The position numbers and the translations under genes were made by a program. DNA of 64,000 nt from an archaeon (GTDB lineage: Bacteria; Gemmatimonadota; Glassbacteria; GWA2-58-10). The notes under the pieces were generated by a model, which saw nothing but the letters and a program-made list of their open reading frames with translations, had not been told where the DNA came from and did no database searches. The stretch lies in assembly GCA_035528795.1 (NCBI GenBank), contig DATKXY010000177.1, positions 2,634 through 66,633 on the forward strand, read 5' to 3'. Position 1 is the first letter of the stretch, and each line of letters starts with the position of its first letter. Shown in pieces: positions 48,614 to 57,726 of the stretch.

Positions 48614-50656
48614 TTACTGAGCCACTATCTCCTTAGCGAACTGGGTGCGTCTGCCGGCGACCTCGATCCCTCCGCCGACCTCCTGAGTAGTAAAGACAAT
48701 CTTCCTCCCGGCGACCGTGACCGTGACCTCCGAGTCTGTCACCTCGGCGGCAGCCTGGGGCACGCTCACTGTGGACGAGTCTGCCGCTGTCAGGACATTC
48801 AGGAAATAATCCACTTCCGCGGGCACTGGCGGCGATACCTCGATGCGGCACTCTGGCGCCGGGCCGACATTGTGATAGGGCGGATAGCTCCTGCCGCCGT
48901 AGCTGTAAAGCACCGGGCCGGAGAAGAGCTTTACTCTGGGTTCCAGCGGCAGCAGGATCTGGACAAACAGCCGCCCCCTGCCGTTAGTGATCTGGAGGCT
49001 CGGCGCTTCGCCGGTGGGAGGCTTCATGGCCTGAAGGAGCCAGGTTTTCTCGAACCCCGGGTCTTTGGATCTCACCCGGTCGAAAATCACGAATGTGCCG
49101 GGCCGGATAAAGACAATCTGGCGGAAGAAATACTCGAGCTTTTTCGGCGAGTAAGCTCTGGAGCAGTCGCCTGCCACATAGAGGTAGCCGCCCCGGTCCT
49201 CGAAAGCGAGCATGTCCGCGATGTCATAGAGCTTGCGCCCTTCCACCCAGGCAGCGGCATCCTGGACAGAGCCGTTGTGATGGGGCCAGTTGTGGTGCTG
49301 CCCCCCGTCATTGCCGATCGGGCCCTTGAAAGCGCGGATCGCGGGCCAGGTCTCGCCCGGATCGTGGACCAGGATTGAGTTATGGGCGATAGTGCGCAGA
49401 AGGTAGTTCACCTCGTGGTCAGTGTCGAACGCATAGAACTGGCCGCCGTCGCCCGCCAGTTCCTCGTACTTGTAGATCAGGAAATTCCCCACATCCAGGT
49501 GCTGGTGCGAGGTGAACCGGTCGCCGCACTTGAAAAAGAAGTAGGTGGCGTCTTCATCCCACGAGCTGCGCGCATAGACATACCCCGGGCCTTGGCTGAT
49601 ATGCGAGAGCCTGAAATTTTTCAGGTTGCCTTTCTTGACACTCGTATCGCGCCAGAGAAAATCCTTGTAGGCATTCGCCACTACACCCGAGACCGGAGTG
49701 GTCTCGTTAAAAGAGTGCACCACCTGGTGCGCCGGGTCATCCCGGAAAAAGTTCACCAGGATGCGCCGGGCTGAGAGGGCCTTGTCGCGCTCGCCTGTAA
49801 ATACCCGGCCCCCGCTGTCGCCCATGGGAACCGGTCGGCGGGAATCGCGCTCCCTGATACCAGGGTAAGCCTCGAACATACCGGCCACTGCGCGGTTCCC
49901 TAAAAATTCAGGGGAAAGGTCGAAATAATCCATCCCCTCGCATCTTCGCGCCACCTCGCAGAAAAACATCCATTCATACGACCAGTAGTTGACATAATAG
50001 CCCTCGGCCCAGCCGCCGCCGTCCCCGGCAAGGGCAAAGGATGGGACCACGCGCTCGCGGAACTCATTCTCCAGGGCTTTTAAAATCTCCGGCGACCGGG
50101 GGTTCTCGTAATATGTCGCATAGCACGCCAGGCCGATCCCCCAGCTCTTGTACCCGTACCAGCCATTGTGGAACACGCTGGTCTCCGAGCCGAGATTGGC
50201 ATCCACTGTGCGGTTCAGGTAGTCGTGGAATTTCATGCGCTCTTCAGCGGACCAGCAGGGGTAGCACAGGTCGTAAGCAAGCGCGCAGCGGGCCAGGTCG
50301 TGGCCGAAAGTCTCATGGCCCACCCGGACCGGGCCGTTTATATATCTCATGGCTATCTCGACAGCCTTCTTGCCGTACCACTGATCCCCCTTGATCGCAT
50401 AGAGCAGGCCCATGGAGATCATCTTCTGGTGATCGTCCCCCTCCTGCTCGAACGCCACCTCAGCGACACGGACAAAATCCCCGGGTTTCTGCCTGGCCAG
50501 CTCTTTCAGCTCTCCCGCTGTGCCCAACAGCCGTGGATGTTCCCGGCTTACCGGGTGTCTCGTTGACACGGTTTCAGCCGAGAATAGCCCTGTGCAGCAG
50601 AAAAGGAACAACGCGCTCAGACCAAAGGCATTTATGTTTTTTATGGATTTGCACAT
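48614..50656 (-). CDS. Heparinase II/III-like secreted protein, paralog 5
   Basis: Signal peptide. Conserved blocks as above. Confidence 0.55.
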   Translation of the reverse strand: MCKSIKNINAFGLSALFLFCCTGLFSAETVSTRHPVSREHPRLLGTAGELKELARQKPGDFVRVAEVAFEQEGDDHQKMISMGLLYAIKGDQWYGKKAVEIAMRYINGPVRVGHETFGHDLARCALAYDLCYPCWSAEERMKFHDYLNRTVDANLGSETSVFHNGWYGYKSWGIGLACYATYYENPRSPEILKALENEFRERVVPSFALAGDGGGWAEGYYVNYWSYEWMFFCEVARRCEGMDYFDLSPEFLGNRAVAGMFEAYPGIRERDSRRPVPMGDSGGRVFTGERDKALSARRILVNFFRDDPAHQVVHSFNETTPVSGVVANAYKDFLWRDTSVKKGNLKNFRLSHISQGPGYVYARSSWDEDATYFFFKCGDRFTSHQHLDVGNFLIYKYEELAGDGGQFYAFDTDHEVNYLLRTIAHNSILVHDPGETWPAIRAFKGPIGNDGGQHHNWPHHNGSVQDAAAWVEGRKLYDIADMLAFEDRGGYLYVAGDCSRAYSPKKLEYFFRQIVFIRPGTFVIFDRVRSKDPGFEKTWLLQAMKPPTGEAPSLQITNGRGRLFVQILLPLEPRVKLFSGPVLYSYGGRSYPPYHNVGPAPECRIEVSPPVPAEVDYFLNVLTAADSSTVSVPQAAAEVTDSEVTVTVAGRKIVFTTQEVGGGIEVAGRRTQFAKEIVAQ

Positions 50657-51402
50657 TACCTGGCAGCTCCTCCGGCGGTGAGAAAAGGGGTGAAGCCGTT
50701 GTCAGGAAAAGTAACATCTCCGGACTGAAAAGACGGCAAATGAAAATCTGAACCGGATTGTGATAATTTGCAAGGAGTTTTTGAAAGGAGGTAAGACTTT
50801 AGGTCGACCACCAAAGTTGAAGATAGTTGTGAGCTTCTAATTAAAGCGATAGTTTGAAAGAACTCGTAGTGACAAGGTACTACTAGACCTTAACTTTAAT
50901 AAATTCGGAAATTTATAACTTTAGCACTTTTTCACACAGATTTAGAATGTTTTATGACTTTTGCAGCCTATCAAAAGTACTAAAAATTTTTGGCGTGTAG
51001 TAAATCGAAGACCTCCGTAGGCTTCAAATAAACCTCTGTTGCTAATAGGGGCTTTATCTGTTAATCTCTTGAGACTCATAAAGGAGGCCTGGTTGCGGCC
51101 TGGGAACGCATGCCGTTGAAGATTTAAAAGAATGACCTTGTTAACCAAATAAATTTAGATTTAATGGCAATATCTTAAAAATGTAGTTCTGAAATAGAAA
51201 TAGATAGAAAATGTACGGTTCTTCTTGACTTCAATGATTTTGAACATTATAAAAAAAATAGATAATAAAAAAGGCAGTTGTTGAAAATTTAAGATACAAT
51301 ATTTAAGTTAAATTTTAATAAATTAGACATGTATTAGTTTTATTTAATTAAAGAACTAGATTTACAATAAGTTATAAATATTGTTCTTTTAAGGAGATTA
51401 AA

Positions 51403-54327
51403 ATGAATGGATATAAAAATCTTTTGGAAAGGCTTGAGAAACTAAAAGAAAATATAGCTATCTTCCAAAAAGTAGTATTACACGCTCATTCCCCTGACAG
51501 TTATGACTATGCGCAAATTATTAAAAGAAAAGAAAAAATGGTTTTTGATACAAGAGATAAAAATATTATTGAAAATATTTTCTTGGAGGAGATAAAATCT
51601 ATTAACATAGATATGTTAGCAATAACAGATCACATGAAATGTGATTTTTCTTGTCGATTGTCACAATTAGCTAAAAAAAGTAATAAATGTATTCTTCCTG
51701 GAATGGAAATTAATTTTCAACCTTCACCACCTTTAGATACTTTTAAACTACATATAATAGCAATATTCCCCGAAGATTACACACTTGAGCAAATATGCAA
51801 GATTTTACCTAAAGACATACCAGATGAAAAAAATCGCACCGGGAGAGAATTAATAAAGGGTTCAGATCTTACAGTATTTATTAAAACCATCCATGATTTT
51901 GGAGGACTTTGTATAGCAGCACATATTGATAATGAAAGTGGAGTTAGAAAAGCCTTTAGACAGCTTGGTAAAGATGGAATTGTATTATATTCAACCGAAG
52001 GAGAATCTTCTAAAGAAGAGGATAGACAAATTTCAGGAAAATTCAAAGACTGGATTCTCACCTCTGGTTTTGATGCAATTGAAGTGGCAAAAGAGACAGA
52101 TAAAGAGCATTACCGTTGGATTAGTGAAATAGCAGGTAAAAAAGTTAGTATCCCGGTTCTTTTGTCAACAAATGCTCACAATGCTCAAGATATTGCAAAT
52201 GAAAATCGAGTTACGCATATAAAAATGACTTCCATTTGCTTTGAAGGCTTAAAGCAAGCTCTTCAATTTCCTGATACACGTATTAGATTTCCTGGTGATG
52301 TACCAATTCCTCCGTCGCCTATTATCCTTGGTCTAGAAATAATTGCTAGTGATGAAAAAGGCTTTTTTAAGACACTTCGGATTTCATTCTCAGATAATCT
52401 TACATGTCTAATAGGACCTCGAGGTTCTGGAAAGTCAACTATCATTGAGGCACTTCGTTATGCTTTTGGCTACAATAGAACATTACATGAGATTGAACAA
52501 CCTAGTGCAGATTTAGCTAATAAAGTGAAAGGACTTCAAGAAGCTACTTTAACCAATTGCGTTATTCGCGTAGTATATTGTGTCAAGGATAGAGAAAATC
52601 ATATCTTGGAGGCCACCTATGATCAAAAACAAGATTACACAACTAGGGTTTTTACAATAAATGGAGATGAACGGGAAGTCCATGATGTTGAAACTAGTGG
52701 ATTATATCCTATGAGACTTTTCGGATGGAGTGAAATAGAAACTTTAGGACGAGAAGCACATCGCCAAAGAGACCTTATTGATAGACTTATACCTGGGATT
52801 AATGTAAAACTTGAACAATTGTCAGATTTCAGATCCTCGCTAGCAGATAAACGAAGAAACATTGAGACCTTAGTGTCCAATCTTTCAAATACAATACTAA
52901 GAAACAATGGTGAAATAAAAAGATATAAGGAATATAAAGCAGATTTCGATCTACTTAATACACCAGTAGTACAACAGTTGTTTTTGGAAATTGATACAGC
53001 AAAAACAAAAGAAAAAATTCTATCAGAACTTAAAAATAAAACACAAGAAAGGATAGATTCACTTTTGAACACTATGAAAACAGAACTTTTTGAAGGTCTT
53101 GATGAATTGCTTATTGATCCATCAGAAACACTTAAAAATTGGTGGTCTGAAACTAAATTAGAATTAAAGATTCCCGATATAGAAGCTGATGTACGTAAAA
53201 AAACTAACCAAGCAGTAGATCTTTTAAAAGATCTTGTACATGAAGTAGATATAAATATTCAAAAATTAAAAGAAATAATACAGAAAAAGGAAACGGAAAT
53301 TAGAGAAAAAGTTAGTGATGAAACTGCCAAACAAGTGGCTGCTGAAAGGAGAAGAATAGCTGAAGAACGCCTTCAGCGCGTGCAAGAACTAAAACGGGAT
53401 TATAAAAAAATATGGGAACAATTTGAAGATAACATAAAAAATTGGATGGAGATAGCAAAAAAACTTGCAGATTTATCAGATGAAATTAGTGATAAAAGAG
53501 CAAGGCGAAAAGAAGAGATTGAATCTCGCCTTAATCAATTTGGAACTCAAGAAATGAAAATATCCTTACGGTTTAAATCTGGTGGAGATAGAATAAATTT
53601 TGAAAATTATCTTCGTGATAGTGGTTTTTTAAATAGAGACTTACATGGTAATTACAAGGCAAACAAATGGCCTGAGAAAATTTCTTCGAACTACACTCCA
53701 ATTGAATTGGCAAAAGCAATACTATTAAAAAAACCACACCAAATAAACAAAAGTACCTCTCTTATGGTAAAATTATTATTAGATAATGACATTGAAAAAA
53801 GATTGATAGATACACTTTTTCCATTCAGTCATGATGATGATGCTGATATACCAATAGTCGATAGTAAAAAACTCGATAAAATTTTGGAGATGGCAGAAGT
53901 GGTTTGGAATGATGAAGAAGGCATACTTCTGAATAATAGACCTGTTGAGAATCTTTCGCCTGGACAAAGGTCGAGCGCTATGCTGCCACTAATCGCCCTG
54001 TCAGAAGATGCACCTTTAGTTATCGACCAGCCAGAAGATAATCTTGATAACCGTTTAGTTGGTAAAATGCTTGTTGACATACTTACAGATCTTAAAGAAA
54101 AACGACAAATCATAGTTGCAACCCATAATCCTAATATAGTAGTCTCTGGAGATGCAGAACAGGTAATTGTTCTTGATGCTCTAAGTGATTCTGAGGGAAT
54201 TTGCACTCAAAGTGGTTCTATTGACAATAAGGAAATTATAAAATCAATTCTCGAAATTATGGAAGGAGGTAAGGACGCTTTTATTGCAAGACAGCATAGA
54301 TATGGTCTTTCTAATTCGTCAATATAA
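51403..54327 (+). CDS. PHP-domain phosphoesterase fused to an SMC/Rad50/SbcC-like ABC ATPase with long coiled coil. Candidate single-gene defence protein (Ppl-like).
   Basis: AAGGAG SD 7 nt upstream. PHP motifs LHAHSPDS, AITDHM, GMEINF, HIIAIF, AAHID, TNAHNAQD. Walker A GPRGSGKST. ~400-aa K/E-rich coiled coil. Signature-like LSPGQRS. Walker B LVIDQPEDNLD. H-loop ATHNP. Strongly AT-rich gene and flanks. Confidence 0.8.
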   Translation: MNGYKNLLERLEKLKENIAIFQKVVLHAHSPDSYDYAQIIKRKEKMVFDTRDKNIIENIFLEEIKSINIDMLAITDHMKCDFSCRLSQLAKKSNKCILPGMEINFQPSPPLDTFKLHIIAIFPEDYTLEQICKILPKDIPDEKNRTGRELIKGSDLTVFIKTIHDFGGLCIAAHIDNESGVRKAFRQLGKDGIVLYSTEGESSKEEDRQISGKFKDWILTSGFDAIEVAKETDKEHYRWISEIAGKKVSIPVLLSTNAHNAQDIANENRVTHIKMTSICFEGLKQALQFPDTRIRFPGDVPIPPSPIILGLEIIASDEKGFFKTLRISFSDNLTCLIGPRGSGKSTIIEALRYAFGYNRTLHEIEQPSADLANKVKGLQEATLTNCVIRVVYCVKDRENHILEATYDQKQDYTTRVFTINGDEREVHDVETSGLYPMRLFGWSEIETLGREAHRQRDLIDRLIPGINVKLEQLSDFRSSLADKRRNIETLVSNLSNTILRNNGEIKRYKEYKADFDLLNTPVVQQLFLEIDTAKTKEKILSELKNKTQERIDSLLNTMKTELFEGLDELLIDPSETLKNWWSETKLELKIPDIEADVRKKTNQAVDLLKDLVHEVDINIQKLKEIIQKKETEIREKVSDETAKQVAAERRRIAEERLQRVQELKRDYKKIWEQFEDNIKNWMEIAKKLADLSDEISDKRARRKEEIESRLNQFGTQEMKISLRFKSGGDRINFENYLRDSGFLNRDLHGNYKANKWPEKISSNYTPIELAKAILLKKPHQINKSTSLMVKLLLDNDIEKRLIDTLFPFSHDDDADIPIVDSKKLDKILEMAEVVWNDEEGILLNNRPVENLSPGQRSSAMLPLIALSEDAPLVIDQPEDNLDNRLVGKMLVDILTDLKEKRQIIVATHNPNIVVSGDAEQVIVLDALSDSEGICTQSGSIDNKEIIKSILEIMEGGKDAFIARQHRYGLSNSSI

Positions 54328-54550
54328 GAAACATTATTTTAATTATTCAAAACATAATTAATTCCAGGTTTGCTTGATTAATAAAAAATATAAATGTTTT
54401 TTTAGTATTTTTGAGTATAACTACCCCCCTGCAAGCACACCAACCCCTTTGCCAACCTATTCCTAGCGCTGGCGGCTCACTAATGGTGAAAACCCGGGAC
54501 CAAAATCAAGAGTTACTAAAAAATTCGCCTGACCGATGAGAGAAATACAG

Positions 54551-54850
54551 TTATTTCGCAGGCTCTTTCGGGGCTTCGGCTTTTTCCTTGGGCTCGCATA
54601 TCAGCTTGTTGTACAGCCAGGCGAAAACCGCCCCACCGATAAGTCCCTCCACCAGCCCGTATCCCAGCCCGATAACGCTCCCCAGCGGGCTGATACAGTA
54701 GCCCCGGTAGCCATAGCTGAGCGGGCTCACTTCAGCGATCGGGCCCTCAAAAGCTATCACCCACCAGGTGTACAGGAACATACCCAGGCCCAAGAAGATA
54801 GCGCAGGTGAAAGAAAAGGCCTTGACATTCAGCTTCATCTTGCCCTCCAT
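54551..54850 (-). CDS. Small membrane protein (hypothetical, 2 TM)
   Basis: ORF track. GC-rich. Hydrophobic helices. K/E/P-rich tail. Confidence 0.4.
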   Translation of the reverse strand: MEGKMKLNVKAFSFTCAIFLGLGMFLYTWWVIAFEGPIAEVSPLSYGYRGYCISPLGSVIGLGYGLVEGLIGGAVFAWLYNKLICEPKEKAEAPKEPAK

Positions 54851-55150
54851 GTGCTGGAATTGATAAGTTTACAGGCCCTGCAGCCTGTGCGGGAAAAATA
54901 AAGCGCAGGACTAAAAAATCAGCTTGACTCCTTCCCTCGAGCCAGGCTTAGACTTACCCGGAACAACCCATTTATTCTATTCTGAAATGAACCAGCCTGC
55001 GGCAAGCCGCGAGGTATCTGTTCGGAATTCGATTTATGAATTTGATGCCACACTTTCACACCACCCCCATAGAGGGCACGGCATGCCGTGCCCCTACGGC
55101 TGGAATCAGCGGCAGGATGCCCGGAAGCAGAGCTTCGAGGAATTCTTTTC

Positions 55151-55317
55151 GAATGAACTACCCCGCGGCAAACTGCGAGGTATCATAAGGTTGGTAATGA
55201 TTATTTTCACCATCCGCCCCCGGGCGACCGCCGGTCGCCCCTACGGTTAGCTTAAGGGGTCGTTTACCCCTCAGCAGAGCTTCGAGGAATTCTTTTCGAT
55301 TAAAAAAATTATTTTCC
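55151..55317. repeat. Intergenic repeat family B, copy 2. A partial third copy lies at 54985..55020.
   Basis: About 88% identical to 5767..5921. Confidence 0.7.
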
Positions 55318-55530
55318 CATTCGTTTTTGCTTGCCGCCTAATAACAGTATTAATGAAATTATCAAAATATGCAAGAGCTTAGAGTAAGAAGTAATGAGCG
55401 ATGAGCAATGAGTATTTCCCTTATTCGATAAAAGATCGCTACATTCTTTGCCACCGCGGTCTGAAAATAATGGTATATAAAACTGTTTTCCTCCTGACTG
55501 AACCTGAGAGCGCGGACCAGATATACATAA

Positions 55531-55700
55531 AGAGACCTTTAAAAAAATCCCAGGTAACAGGATAAATTTTGCATGTAGGGGCGAGTTTGAAACCCGCCCC
55601 TACAATAATACATTGATTTTTATGGTTTTATAAAAAAGCAAACAATATTCTTCTGGTAAAAGGATAACATTTTTCAAAGGTTTCATAAAAACTCTCATGT
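55531..55700. repeat. Intergenic repeat family A, copy
   Basis: agagacctttaaaaaaatcccaggtaacaggataa...gtaggggcgagtttgaaacccgcccctacaataa...AT-rich tail, shared with 16594..16752. Confidence 0.7.
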
Positions 55701-55834
55701 CCGCGGGGCGGTCAAAACGAAGCATGAAAATCAAGAAGACACACCCTGTCCGCTTCGCGCCCCACCCCTCTCAATAGGGGATTTCCATGTAGAACTTTTA
55801 GTGCAAAGCCTTGCTTTCAAAAACACAAGCAAAA

Positions 55835-55871
55835 GGGACACTCTCCGTATCCGGGAATGTCCCTTTTTTTT
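55835..55871. terminator. Hairpin-plus-T-run terminator, possibly bidirectional (serves the gpmI 3' end on the minus strand)
   Basis: gggacactctccgtatccgggaatgtccc followed by tttttttt. Confidence 0.5.
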
Positions 55872-55950
55872 AAAGAAAAGATTTCATCATCAAGTAAATA
55901 AGAACATCAGGAGCTTTAAAAGATAAAATTCCAGCTTATTCAGAGAGCTT

Positions 55951-57726
55951 TCACCTGCCATTGGCGAAAAGCAGCTTTCCTTTCATGCCCTTTTTGACCG
56001 CTTGGATCTCCTCTCCGAAAAGCAGGCTGAGCATTGTGGGCGCCACATCGCTTAGGGTGCCGTCCTCGCGGAGCTTCGTTTTGGGCGGGCCAACCAGGAA
56101 GAAAGGCACCTTGTTGCTGGTATGGAAAGTGTTTAGCTCTCCGTCCTCGGTGATCATCTCCTCGATATTGCCGTGGTCGGCGGTGATAATGGCAAAGCCC
56201 CCCTTGGCCCGGATTGCGGTCACTATGCGCTCGAGGCTTTTGTCCACGGCCATCATGGCCATGATGCCCGCGCTGATATCCCCGGTGTGCCCGACCATAT
56301 CCGGGTTGCACAAATTGATCAGCAAGACAGTTTTCGAGTCCCCGGCCTCGATAATCTCGATGATCTTTTCAGTCAAATCTTCGATCTCTATTTTGGGGAA
56401 TTTCCGGTAAGGCTCGAACTTGTAGCCTGTCTCACCCTTATGCTGGTCGTATTCCTTGATATAGCGGCGCACCTCGGAGGACAGCGGAATTGTGATTCTC
56501 TCTTCACCCGGTAACGGGGCGCCGACCTTGTTTCCAGAGAGCAGAGTGAGCGCTTTGGCCTTATCCACGCCACTGACCCGGTACTGGTTAAAGTTGTAGT
56601 TGGCAAGCACCTTGCCCAGACTTATATCCTGGATCGGCTCCCGGAAGGCCACCGGGCATCTCATGCCGCGGTAATACTCCACCAGCCCCACGATATGCAG
56701 GGTATCATAGTGCAAAGCGGGTTTATTTTTCCAGCGCTCGAAACGCTTAAGGCCTGTGTAGGTGTCATCCGGAGAATTCCTGAGCCTCTCGGTAATGTCG
56801 GTTACGGGGTCCACCAGCATGCGCATCAGGAATTCCCCCCGGTCCTTGCGGAAATTCCATTGAATCAGCACATCGTTGTTCTCCACGCCTGCATAGTCCC
56901 CGAGCACTGTGGGCGTAATGTACTGGTCGGTAAGGCCCTTGTCATAAGCTGCCTTAAGCGCTTGCTCCGGTTCTTCCATCCGCGGGCCCTGGCCTTCCAC
57001 AATGGCGCGGAAAGTAGCCTCGGTTTTGTACCAGGATTCCGTACTGCGGTTCATGGTTATGTCCCGCCCGCCGATAGTGGCCACCTTGTAATCGACTTTA
57101 CGCTCCTTGTTGAGTTCTTCCGCTGTGGTTATCATCAGCAGCATGTCATTTAAATCTTCCAGAAAACGCGCGGCGCTGAAAGGCGGCGTTCCCCGTCCGT
57201 CAGAGAAATAATGGATGCGGATCTTGCCTGCCCCGCGCTGGACAATCCGGCGGAGAATCGCATAAAGGTGGATGATATGGCTGTGCTCCTGGTTGTTAGA
57301 GACCAGACCGATCAAATGGATTGCACTGTTATGGGCCACAGCGTGATCGATAGCTTCATCGATTGCCGGATTAACCATTACACCATCGATTACAGCGCTG
57401 TTTATCTGATGCATTGGATGAACATAGTCGACGCCGCTCAAGACCTCGTGTCCCACTGCAGTAGAGCCTTTAGCGCCCTCCGGCATGCCCACTTTCGGCC
57501 CTACGGCCACCAGCTCGGTGTAGCTTGTTTCCTCGAAAAGCGCGCCGGTCCTTACATCGCGCACTGCCTGGCATATACCGTCGCGCAGACAATCAAGAAA
57601 AGGAGTCTGGGCCAGGGCCACGCAGTTGTAAGCCTCTTCATCTCTCACACCGCAACCGTCCATGATAATGAGAGCGGACGGACCGTTAAACTTTTGCATC
57701 TTTTTGTTTTCAGCGGGGGGACTCAT
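55951..57726 (-). CDS. gpmI: 2,3-bisphosphoglycerate-independent phosphoglycerate mutase (iPGM)
   Basis: N-terminal ALIIMDGCG. C-terminal DMVGHTG...ITADHGN. Confidence 0.85.
   Translation of the reverse strand: MSPPAENKKMQKFNGPSALIIMDGCGVRDEEAYNCVALAQTPFLDCLRDGICQAVRDVRTGALFEETSYTELVAVGPKVGMPEGAKGSTAVGHEVLSGVDYVHPMHQINSAVIDGVMVNPAIDEAIDHAVAHNSAIHLIGLVSNNQEHSHIIHLYAILRRIVQRGAGKIRIHYFSDGRGTPPFSAARFLEDLNDMLLMITTAEELNKERKVDYKVATIGGRDITMNRSTESWYKTEATFRAIVEGQGPRMEEPEQALKAAYDKGLTDQYITPTVLGDYAGVENNDVLIQWNFRKDRGEFLMRMLVDPVTDITERLRNSPDDTYTGLKRFERWKNKPALHYDTLHIVGLVEYYRGMRCPVAFREPIQDISLGKVLANYNFNQYRVSGVDKAKALTLLSGNKVGAPLPGEERITIPLSSEVRRYIKEYDQHKGETGYKFEPYRKFPKIEIEDLTEKIIEIIEAGDSKTVLLINLCNPDMVGHTGDISAGIMAMMAVDKSLERIVTAIRAKGGFAIITADHGNIEEMITEDGELNTFHTSNKVPFFLVGPPKTKLREDGTLSDVAPTMLSLLFGEEIQAVKKGMKGKLLFANGR

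Noticed and set aside
50942-51148. A 68-aa minus-strand ORF inside the AT-rich island leader
   Set aside because: No SD. It is low complexity. It is more likely part of the long untranslated, A/T-tract-rich leader of the PHP-SMC gene.
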